Positions 10,047-20,447 of a stretch of DNA of 64,000 bases are shown here, piece after piece. How positions within the stretch are numbered: the first letter of the stretch is position 1; the number at the start of each line of letters is the position of its first letter. Position numbers and translations under genes: made by a program. The notes below the pieces were generated by a model that saw only the letters and a program-made list of their open reading frames with translations, ran no database searches and was not told where the DNA came from. The stretch is from NCBI GenBank assembly GCA_977016875.1, contig CDRNST010000028.1, positions 1,488,001 to 1,552,000 on the forward strand. Direction: 5' to 3'. This DNA comes from Pavona decussata. Taxonomy: Eukaryota.

Positions 10047-13000
10047 CTAGGCAAACGTGAAATGCAAATTAATAAACGATAATAATTAAAAAAAAAAAGA
10101 AGGAAAACATGACTACAATGTATGCCGCTGACCTTAATTCGACTTGACAGAAAGAAAATGAAAGAAAATGAAAAATGCTTCAGGGTGTAATGTGATAAAA
10201 AATGTTTTACATATAGCCGGAAGTTTTGATCTAAGAATAGACATAAATCGACAGCTAGATTCCAACAACACTCCAGCTTGGTGCGGTGTTAAATGGCATG
10301 CGCTGTAGCAAGGACGTTCATTGTTCGAGTCATGGTCAAACAAATACACGGCTTTTTGTTATTTAAGTTACTTCAGAGGAATGGGAAAATGTATATAGGA
10401 TAGCGAGAAAATAAATATGTCAGATCGATAAAAGCTATGAAGGAAACGATGAAAGAGAAACAATCGCGTGAGTCTAAACTAAGATTACTGACGCCCACCA
10501 CTTGAAAGGGCAAGAATTTCAAACAGGGAGCATCGCAAACAATTTCCCACCTCACGATAGCAAATTCCAACGTTTCCACCGATTCTTCTGCAGTACTTTG
10601 GCCCAGAAAGCATATTATACACTAGAGGAACTTCTTCTCGACCAATTTACTACATTTAGGAGGCGACAAAAAATTTCGATCCGAACTTAGGCAGCACAGT
10701 CTGTTTCGTGCAGATTTTTAACACGTGTTTGGAGTGACACCCGATCGCCGGCCAGACGGCCGCATATGTCGCCAATGCGGGCGTCCAGTGATGAGATAAC
10801 AGTTCTTTGTAAACATAGGAGTTGAATTCAATAGCATTAATAACAGCATAATTTGTGGATAATTGAGTGCTTACAATACACAATCCCTAACAACCAAGTT
10901 ACGCCTCCTTTAAAACAGATCAAGAAGATTTCGGGCAGATCTATCATCTTCATCAAATGCTAATTGTTTCCGTGGCCCACGCAATGCCAAATATGCCCGT
11001 AAGTAGTTTGGAAGTATTTTGGAAGATCACCAAAAATGATGACCCGCGAGGACACCTCAACAGTAAATACAATAGACTGTAAGTTTGCCACTAACTTCGC
11101 TTCCTCGATGGAAATGTAATGAAACTTTAAGATGAGATCAGAAGGATAAAAGATCTCTTCAGGTTCGAGCAGTATGAGAAAGCAGCTTAATATATGGCAT
11201 CCTTGACAGTAAAACTGCGATTGCGATTGAAGTATTGAGTGCTTGAACGTAACGAGGAAAGAGGCCACTAAACTTTGGAACGGCTACCAAGGCGATCATT
11301 TGTCCATCGGTTCTCTGCACTCCACACAAACAACATTAAGACCTTAGTTTAGACCCTAGCTCTTCCTACACTTACCTGCACTCTGCTTTCTGGAAGACTG
11401 ATTTTCATGGCCACCTCCTCTCTCATGAATATGTCAGGATATTTTGTTTTTGCGAAGAGTTCGTCCAGAACTTCCAGCTGTGCTTTGGTGAAAGTTGTTC
11501 GTTCTCGGCGCTGTTTACGCGGAGGACCTTTTAAGAGGAGGAAAGAAAAATTAATCCCCTATGCCCTCATTTAACCGGCTGTTAAGACCTCCCCGGGAAC
11601 TCATTTCAGCCATTAGTGTTGATAGTCAAGCGAGCCAACAACGCCTGGAAACTGTTCTCATTATTGCTTAATCTATTTAGTACATGAACGTGGCTTTAGG
11701 TGGTTTAACGAGAAATATAAATGACTTCATTTTCCTTCTCAAATTGAGAAGCAACCAAGTGGTGACATTTTATCAAAAATTTTGACCATCAATCAAGATC
11801 GCTGCTTCGTTCGCTGAAAAATATTCACGACTACCACTACAACTGAGCCTACTCTCACATAATGGAAGGAAGTTCGATGGATAATTGTATTTTGTTCTAA
11901 CATTAATTATAGAGATATAACTGTTAAAGGTTTGGACTGCAAAAAGAACGTTTACCTTCCATAAATCGTGCTGTAAGGCACTGAGGACAACCCATGCAGG
12001 GTAAATATGGCGGCCAACCCAAATCCATCATGACACAATTTAACCGCAATATAGTTTCTTGGCTGGCCGTTGGATAGTTTGCCTTCTATCGTAATTCTCT
12101 TCAATGTGACAATTTTCAAATGTGCTCCTAAATTTATCACGTACGTGATAATCTGAGGGACTGGCCAATGATTATCGAGTATTTTGTGTCAGTCTTACTT
12201 AGTTGAAAGGATTATACTAAATGGGAAACGAACCCAGGTACGCACGTCAAAATGATAGAGATTGTGATTATTCAATTGTGACATCTTTCAGTAGACTAGA
12301 GGTGACCAGCAAAATGCAAAACAGCATCACTGGCAGTCAAGACTCACGAAAGAAAAGAGTCTCATTTGAACTTTATTCATTTATTATGGATATATGTCTT
12401 CGTGTTAAAACTCCCAGTCACTCATCAGTTTTCGTCGTTATAGTTGAAAAATCTCCTTGATATGAAAGGCAGGGAAGAACTGCTCGACAGCTATAATTTG
12501 AACCGTCATTTTATATGAATCTTATACAGCAAGTAGAAACCACGAATTTACACTTTGACCGACGAGTCTTGAGGAGGTATGTTGACTACTCAACTGACTC
12601 TTCTGAAAGAAACTCGTCTTACTCGCAGATAGATCAAAGCCTTGGTAGTATACGTACTGTACCTGTAGTCAAACAATCAATCAGCTTTAAATAACAGGGA
12701 TTTAACGTTTTGGCTACGGAGATTATCCCCAAATCAGATTAACGCAACTGTCGGATCATCGTCAGGCAAAGGAAACGAACTAAAGATACGTATTTTAAAA
12801 CGCATTCATGAAAATGAAAATGAAACACATTAATGAAAGTAGATAGTGGAACGACATACACTAACCAGTCAAAGCAGCGAATGTGAACGGAATTTTGCTC
12901 GAATTAATTAAAGGTGGGAAACATACATTTCAGCTTTCCAATTTAATGTAATTGGTAGCTCTACGATCTGTTTTCTTCGTTGCGTGAGACATGAAAGCTA

Positions 13001-13316
13001 TGGATGCAAAGATGAATAAAGCGTTGTTGTCAAAATTTGTCCAAGGGTGGCTTAGACTCCCAACAACATGCATTTAGTGATAGAGACTAAACAATCATGT
13101 ACGAGAATCAGCAGAGAGCGTCTGGTCCTAAACCACTTAGCCATATGAGAAAGATTATCTAGATTAAGACAGACATAACGACACCTGGACACGCAAGCCT
13201 CATTACGTCTTACCATAGATTGGTGCCTCGGGATTGTAGAAATCCATGCTGGGAGGATGGCTGTAGTTGAAACCATTTATTGCGCAGGGTGGCAGTCTTC
13301 CAAAAATACCATTCAT
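9621..13316 (-). CDS. otx: Otx homeobox transcription factor, paralog 2 (gene span; CDS join 13214..13316, 11376..11527, 9621..10046; 226 aa)
   Basis: Spliced translation [103 protein letters not shown]...SSPMMC*. K50 homeodomain; same first two exon lengths and intron phases as paralog 1. Confidence 0.95.
11376..11527 (-). CDS. otx: Otx-2 coding exon 2 (152 nt, homeodomain residues 1-46)
   Basis: Pyrimidine tract tttttctttcctcctcttaaaag|GT and donor CAG|GTAAGT. Absent from the ORF track; read directly from the sequence. Confidence 0.97.
13214..13316 (-). CDS. otx: Otx-2 coding exon 1 (103 nt)
   Basis: 3' part of ORF 13203..13424; [15 protein letters not shown] resembles the vertebrate Otx PPYAVNGL..GMDLLHP; donor G|GTAAGA in phase 1. 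Confidence 0.88.
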
Positions 13317-13391
13317 GTCTACTCGTGTTTCGCTTCTCTGGAAAAAACAACCTGTGAACAACACCACACAGACAGTTAAGCGTAATCTTTT

Positions 13392-13407
13392 TGACCTTGT
13401 ATGACCT
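13392..13407 (-). promoter_or_regulatory. Perfect DR4 nuclear-receptor response element (AGGTCA-taca-AGGTCA)
   Basis: Plus strand TGACCT tgta TGACCT, 76-91 nt upstream of the Otx-2 ATG. The motif is certain; function is untested. Confidence 0.45.
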
Positions 13408-13825
13408 AGGTTTTTTTGAATCACATGTGACAGGTAGGTCTTGTGTCGAGACCTGTCATTTCAAACCGATGACAAAAATAAACACTAAGATTTTATTCAG
13501 CGACAACTTAGTGTCACTGAGACGATTTTATGACAGTTTTATCTATCGCTAAGAACAGATATACTTCCTTTATGGGTCTGCTGATGAGAGAATGATTTCA
13601 CCAGATCGATCACGAAAATCGTCTTTGTGATATACTTTCTGCAAACTGGTTTAAACGGTGCCTCCCAAAACGTGTTTCGCAATATAATGTGTGTTAAAAC
13701 GTCAAAAAATGGGCAAGTTCTTTCCTTGTTTATTTTTACAATAAAAATGGCTTCTTAGATTTATGATATTTCAGTTCTTTTGTTCATTGTTCGTAGTCAC
13801 GCGCTATGAAGTGGACGAATGTCTG

Positions 13826-14202
13826 AATAGACCCTTCTCCAAAATGGCGGCAACAGATTTGAATGAGTTAAAATTGAACTAAATGAAAAACTGATACCAG
13901 CACTGGAAAGAGACCTTTACTTTAGTAACCTTGCAAAGTTTCAGCATATTAGGTGTTATATCAGATTAGGAAATGTAAGATGAAATTTGACAAATTTACA
14001 GACGTTTGTATGACTGACCCCAGTCATACAAACGTATGTAAATTTTTCATTTTTCAACTTACATTTTCTCAGCTGACATTACACCTGATATGCTGAAACT
14101 TTGCAGGGTTACTAAAGTAAAAGTGCTATTTCTAGTGTTGGTATACGTTTTTAATTTTAACTCATTTGAATTTTCGGCCGCCATTTTGAGAAGGGTGTTA
14201 TT
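13826..14202. mobile_element. Foldback MITE (~377-bp near-perfect palindrome)
   Basis: aatagacccttctccaaaatggcggc ... gccgccattttgagaagggtgttatt, with centre gtttgtatgactg-accc-cagtcatacaaac; the arms match along their whole length. Confidence 0.85.
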
Positions 14203-14284
14203 TGGGTCCATCCGAAATCACTACCACGTGAATTTGGTCGACCACTCGACTCGCGTTGGTTGTTCTACTTTTTGCTGTGCGACA

Positions 14285-14327
14285 CCGTGCTGACGAGAGC
14301 CAACCATCTCGAAGCAGCTGTCCACGG
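14285..14327 (+). ncRNA. Minimal type I hammerhead ribozyme motif (one core substitution) in a retrozyme-like monomer (~14205-14411)
   Basis: ccgtg-CTGACGA-gag(ccaaccat)ctc-GAAg-cagctg-TC-cacgg. Stem I ccgtg/cacgg, CUGANGA core, 3-bp stem II, palindromic minimal stem III and GUC cleavage triplet; GAAA reads GAAG. Confidence 0.75.
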
Positions 14328-14439
14328 TTGCCGCATTCTGTTGATTCTCGGTTTGGTCTCTATCATGTCGCTGTGGTGTTAAATTTCCACGCAGTCCGAT
14401 CAGCCTTGCAGAAGTTTGAGTCATTAGATTTATCGCATG

Positions 14440-14690
14440 GCTCAATGACTACAAAAGTGAAAGAGGGTTTGATCTACTCGAAATTTAAATCAATTGAACA
14501 GAAACTAAGTGAAAATAACTGAAAATAGTTGTTATGATTTTTCATTTATTAAACGGTTAGATTAAACGCATTGCTCAATGACTACAAAACTGAAAGAGAG
14601 TTTGATCTTCTCGATCTCGAAATTTACGTTAATTGACCGGTTAAGTAAAAAATAACTGTAAATAGTTGCTACGAACGTTCAATTATTATA
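14440..14690. repeat. Diverged 133-bp tandem duplication
   Basis: gctcaatgactacaaaaStgaaagag...aataactgWaaatagttg starts at 14440 and again at 14573. Confidence 0.85.
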
Positions 14691-14758
14691 GTGTTTGAGG
14701 GATAGAAGAAATTAGGAGAGAAAAAAAGGAGCGAAACTGAAGAAGAGAAAAAAAGAAT

Positions 14759-14925
14759 NNNNNNNNNNNNNNNNNNNNNNNNNNNNNNNNNNNNNNNNNN
14801 NNNNNNNNNNNNNNNNNNNNNNNNNNNNNNNNNNNNNNNNNNNNNNNNNNNNNNNNNNNNNNNNNNNNNNNNNNNNNNNNNNNNNNNNNNNNNNNNNNNN
14901 NNNNNNNNNNNNNNNNNNNNNNNNA
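14759..14925. other. Assembly gap (167 N) flanked by purine-rich low-complexity sequence
   Basis: Run of N with GA-rich flanks. Confidence 1.
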
Positions 14926-15843
14926 AGGACCTCTAAGGAGGATGAGGAGGAATAGAAGGATGGGAAAGTGAAGGAGAAGACGAGAAGGAAAGCAGAACTA
15001 GAACTACAAAACTGCGAATAGATAGTCTTACAATGTTAACGGAATATGTCGTTATTTCGTTTAGTCATTGCAGAATACGCGATAATCAATCCCGCGCGGA
15101 GTTTTGAGGGAGTATATTCCACAGATTACAAGCCATATGCGCGGGGTCAAAGAACACTTTTGATCGCATTCATACAACAACGAATTATGCGTGCGTTTGG
15201 ATTGGTCCATTATCTTTTCTGAAGGACAGACACATACATGACGTCATTGGATGGTGTGACTCACTGCGTGGTCACACGAGTAGTCCACTGAGGCATAATG
15301 AAATTAATTTGTTAAGTAGAATTTGGCTAGCTGGGTTTGACGTAGGGCTTGTTTTGCTTTCCTGAGGGTCTAGATTGTTTTGCTGTCTAGGTCTAGCGGT
15401 AACCTCTGGCTAATAAAAAATGAAACAAATAAAATTTGTTTGACAAGATGTTGACTGCGGTCAACCAAATGCGCGTGCTGAATGCGTGAATACGTGAGAT
15501 TAAGAGCAGGCGAAATCTAGGCTAACGTCATCAAGGTTACACCAAACGATGTAGCACGTACTCTGGAGAAAACGCGAATAATTTCAGAAGAATACTTACA
15601 ACAGTAAACGGAACAGAAAAATCTGTAGTTCGAACCTAACTATCTTAGAACACGAAAAAGGGTTGAGTTAAATGTTCAAAACAAGTCCCTGGCAAGCGAA
15701 AATGATTGCGCATTACATAAACATAACGTTTACCTAAACCGGGTGGTGGCCTTGCCTAGAAGATTCAAATTGAAATGACCAAGAAATTAAACAAATAAAA
15801 TTAAAAAACAGTATTTCCATCGATGCTGGAGGTAGTTATAGAT

Positions 15844-16120
15844 CAAGAATTTTTAGCGATCCTCGAAGCAAGTAACCAACGTACTATATATAGGCTTTTG
15901 TTTTCTTCTGGATCTTCAAAACAACTTAAATTAAAGGAGTCATAGGCTAAGAAATGGCCAAAACGTAGCTAATAAAGTGAAGGTATACTACAAGAATTTT
16001 TAGCGAGACTCAAAGCATTAAGTATAACCAACGTACTATAGGTTGCTTTTGTTTCGGACCTTCAAAACAACTTTAAAGAGGTCATAGGCTGCGAAATGAC
16101 CGAAAAGGGTAATAAATTGT
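15844..16120. repeat. Diverged 147-bp tandem duplication
   Basis: caagaatttttagcga...taaccaacgtactata...cttcaaaacaactt...gtcataggct starts at 15844 and again at 15991. Confidence 0.85.
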
Positions 16121-17351
16121 TATAGCTTGTTATCACGCGGGAGTTACATTATTTCCTAATTTTATAAGTGATCCTACCCAAAGCAGTCCCAACGATTTCT
16201 TGTTCGATCTCTATTCTCCTCGTCTGTAAGACCGGCACTGCCCGATGTTTTCCTTATTGCTTGCTAGCCAAAATGAAATACGCTTGATGGCTTCAAGCGT
16301 GCATGTCAACGTCCCGACGGAATGTGAGGCGTGAGTGGACAGGTTGCGTCACAACAGTTAAATCCGGGAAGTTCAACCCACATCATTGGCGCCATTGCCA
16401 AAATTAAACTCTCAGCGATGTTTCGGGAAGTTAAATATTCTTTGGCCAAGGCATTTAGCATCTTTGGAGTACCACTTGGTCATTTAACACTTAAAACAGT
16501 TTTTACGAGAAAAATATAAACTCTAAACAATCAAAGAGCGATAGACGATGGTACTGCTTAATGGCTTTGATTCAAATTAATAACAGTTTGACTCCGCAAG
16601 GCAGGCCGGACTCTGGACTAAGAAAGACCCATGGGCAAGCAGAAAGCTGTTTTGTTATTTTGCAGGGCAAAGCTGTAGGGATCACCAGGATCGCCATATA
16701 CACCATTAACCCTTAACTCCTAAGGAATTCCAGAAAACAATTTAGCACTATACACTTAAGCACTTGAACATAATGGCAAGATTTTTCCTGACAACAAGTC
16801 AATCATTAACAACTTAATTTTGACTAACTCGTAACGCGTACCAGACTTGTGGCAAGGTTTTCGATTTTTCCTTGACAGGTTTCCTTGTTGGAAAACTGGC
16901 GCGTCAGTACTTGTCAAACAAAAAAAAAAATTGTTAGAGAAAAACGTTTCAAGGCGAAATTCGCTTTTAAAAGCGTAATGGGCTTTAGTTGTTTAATGCT
17001 ACTCAACTGAAAAGTCGTACAGAGTCAAAAATACCTCGACGTCTTTATTGCATGACCTACGTTGGGAATTGGCTAAGTTGATTATACCTTAAGACACTAA
17101 TGAAATGTAATCCTGTTTAAAAAAGGCGGAAAAATACGATTTGCACGATAACTGGTTCTCTTGGTTTCTTGACCTCTGCACGGTTCCTAATTCAAAACAT
17201 ATTTTTCTCCCAGGCGATGGATGCATCTCAAGCTGGAACTAAAGGGATTTTTATATGATCCGTTTCCACAATGTTAAATTGTGAAGCGTTGTAATTACAA
17301 TCAAGTAGTTTTGTATATTTCAGGAAAAGTCGATTTGACCTCAGTTTAGAT

Positions 17352-17500
17352 GAGCAGGGATATCGCAGTGAAGGTGACAGCTCTCGCCTTTCCACCAAAG
17401 GTGCCCCAGGTTTGGATCTCAGGGGTCAGTTTCACTATGTGGGTTGAGGTTTTGGTGTTTGCCTGGTTTTCCTTCCTTGACTGAAACACCTCATGCATTT
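17352..17500 (+). mobile_element. Decayed tRNA-derived SINE
   Basis: gagcagggatatcgcagtg..ctcgcc..ccaccaa..ccccaggtttggatctc (eroded A and B boxes), then tatgtgggttgag..ggttttcc core. Confidence 0.6.
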
Positions 17501-20215
17501 CTGGTAGATGCCCACATTGAAACCACTTGTCAGTAAAAGGTCTTCCTCTGAATATCAGGAATTTCGTGATGCCCTTGTAGTAATATTTCTAATAAGCTTT
17601 GTTTGCTTGGTTGCTATATATACACAAGTCATAACTAGGTCAAGGAATGTTTGGCGATTCATTTTTTTGCTTTTCAGAAGAAACTACAGTATCAAATTAT
17701 ACCCTGGGGCAAAATCTGGTACCTTTACTTAAAAAAAACTGATTTTGTCAAGCCATTGGCCCGTGTCTGAGGAGCAACCACTGTCTAACAGTGTTCAGTT
17801 GTAACAATGAGTCACAAATTTTTAATTAATTCTTTCTTTTTCTTTTTAGCCATTTCAAACATCTCAAGTAGTTTCAAATCCACAAAAACGTTATCAAATT
17901 TCTTTCAGCTGTTCCTACCATCTTCCAAACCGGAAAATGTTTTTTTAAATCCGAAAGTCTTTCCCAAATCCTTAAAGCTCTGCTAGAGAATACGTTTTAA
18001 ATCCAGCAGTTGCTTGTCGCCTAATTAGCTGTAACTAGGTAGCGTGCATGTGTGCAAGAAAATGGCCGCAGTTTGAATCCAAACTGTTACGTTAGATTTT
18101 GTAACCTATCGCTGGGAAAGACAAGTAAAAGTTTGTGCATTGCCTTTGTGTAATTTTAATCTACTCAAGTACACCCTCCAAAACTGCTATTTTTGACACG
18201 GTAAGTCCTTGCACGTTTGTTTGGGCATGTTCCAAGTTATCTATTGTACTCTGGCTCAAACCTTTATTGCTCCCATCGTTTACCTTGAAAAAATATTCCA
18301 ACGGCAAAATAGAAAAGGTACAGTTCGAAAAAGGGATAATAGCATCAAGGTTTTGAGGAATGTTAATAACGGAACACCCGGGATATGCCCTAATAATAAA
18401 ACACATCTCTATAATTGCACGGTCTGATTGGGTTTGTGTCTCCCTTCATGAACAATTCTACCTTCAACGCAAGCGTGCTCAATTTTTCTATAAATATTCT
18501 TAAATCACAAGATAAAAAGTACCGTAAATTAATAATTATAGGAATTTGAAACATTTACTGGTTTTTGCTAGTCTTGTGAAATTTGTCAACCGGCGTTTAG
18601 TCAAGGGAAGCCCAAATGCTCCACTGAGGAACACGTTGTCGTCCTGAACCAATTAGGGGAAAAACCCGATTAACTACTTAAGGACGACGGGTGGACTCAC
18701 AAGACAAACAGCCCAGGCAAGAAATGATAATTTAAGGCGGTCCAAGAAAGGAAGATTATGTCTAGAGTAAGAGACAAAAGTTTAGTACATCAAAATGTAA
18801 ATTACCCAATTAAGTTAAGATGGCAGAACCTTACAGTACGTCAAACCAGAATGTCTGACACCTAACTTTTTCTAGATCCTGTTCTCTAGACTAGCGTGAT
18901 GCACTGACGAGTTCAAGGGATTTTCAAGAAAAGGTTACTTTGCCATGCACAGCTTGCAGTTGTAAAATAGTTAGCATATTTTTCTTCCGTGCTCCTGGGT
19001 CGTTTCTTGGAAGGGTTTCAAGTGCTTTGTATGGGAAGAAGCACAAAACTTCACATTTCTATCATGAAAACGCTGAAAAAAACTGGATCATTTTGACGTT
19101 ATGCGAAAAATTATCTTGGCTTACCGCAAAACAAATAATGAAGTCAGTGCACACATGAAGCAACATTCCAGTCATCCAAATATTTATTGTTGATGTACCA
19201 AAAGATCTTTCAGGCAAACATGCGGTAAAAGCGATGGAGTAATTTACTGGAACTTGTCTCCTTTAGAAAAGTTTGTTATTTCTCGTTTGGAAAATGACTG
19301 CTTTCCTTTCAGGACCTTTCAGTTATTCAAGTTGGTGTAGGTTTTTACTAAATAGGTGTGTAATCACATAATCTGTTTTAATAAATAAATCCGAACGAAA
19401 CGTGGTGAGATTCTATTGAAATACAATGACCAAATTTTGCCACCCAGGAAAGCATAGATCGATAAAGCTTGTACATGTGCCTCAATAATTACACATTTGG
19501 CTGGCATTTATGCAAAGAAAGCAAACGCTTAAAGCAATCACTACTGTACAAAATGAAAAGACGCCACAAGAATATACCGGATATCATCAACATAGCCACA
19601 TTGTACATAGGATTTTATCCCGATATTATGCGACAGCATAATAAACAACATTACGGAAAAATAGTATCCATTAACGTTTATTTGGCGTTTAGCTAGACTT
19701 TGTGATCTATTTTTTTCTATGGATGTAAGGGTTAGAATTATAATTTTATAACTAAGAGTTTGAGCAGGGTCGAAGCGCTGTACAACAGACGCTTAGGATG
19801 CCGCGTCATGTTATTGTTTCATCAGAATAACGGTTTAAAGCCGCCATTAGATCTCCCTTGCTTGAATTAATGTCGGTGAGGTTGTCTTAGATGAGAAAAC
19901 AGAAGAAATAATTAACATGAATGTGTAATCAAAGTGAACAGTTACTATTTTATAGGTCCAAGGACAGAGTCTCAAAAATGTATTTATGTCTGGCATTTGG
20001 AATTGAGCTGCTCTATGTTGTACATTTGAAGTTTATTTCTTCTTTTCTTATAAAATCTTTGCTTGCTAAAAGGCGAAAGAGCACGGTCTATATAAGGATG
20101 TCTTCGGCTGTTTTGAAGTTGGAATATTGTTGGTTAGCCTCTCAGAGTCTCTCTCTTGGTACAACAGATTTACATGTCATTGCTTACACATCGCCATTTT
20201 GACAGCCCTCGAATA

Positions 20216-20447
20216 TCTTATACTGCTTCCAAAGCTTGGAACTCTCTCTCAGACGAGTTTAGGTCAATGACTAATATCAAATTATCTAGACAAGAAGTGC
20301 GCAAAATTTCATCTTTCAGATAACTCTTTCACTTATTTACAAACGTACATATTATTTGTTTCTTTCTCGGCACATTAGCATGGATTTTGCTAGAGGCCTA
20401 AACAGCCTCAATCAGATCCGAGGATAAATAAGGTTTCATTTATCTTG
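20216..20447 (+). mobile_element. 3' fragment of a CR1/L2-group LINE
   Basis: 20216-20323 reads SYTASKAWNSLSDEFRSMTNIKLSRQEVRKISSFR* (SY....WNSL ORF2 end), followed by a short UTR with ataaataa. Confidence 0.65.

Noticed and set aside
12866-12997. Possible cassette exon in Otx-2 intron 1 (ccatag| ... G|GTTAGT)
   Set aside because: It has an in-frame TGA in the required phase and no other support; at most a poison exon.
13317-13424. N-terminal extension of Otx-2 suggested by ORF 13203..13424
   Set aside because: It starts at a non-ATG codon; the ATG at 13316 gives exactly the same exon length as the paralog.
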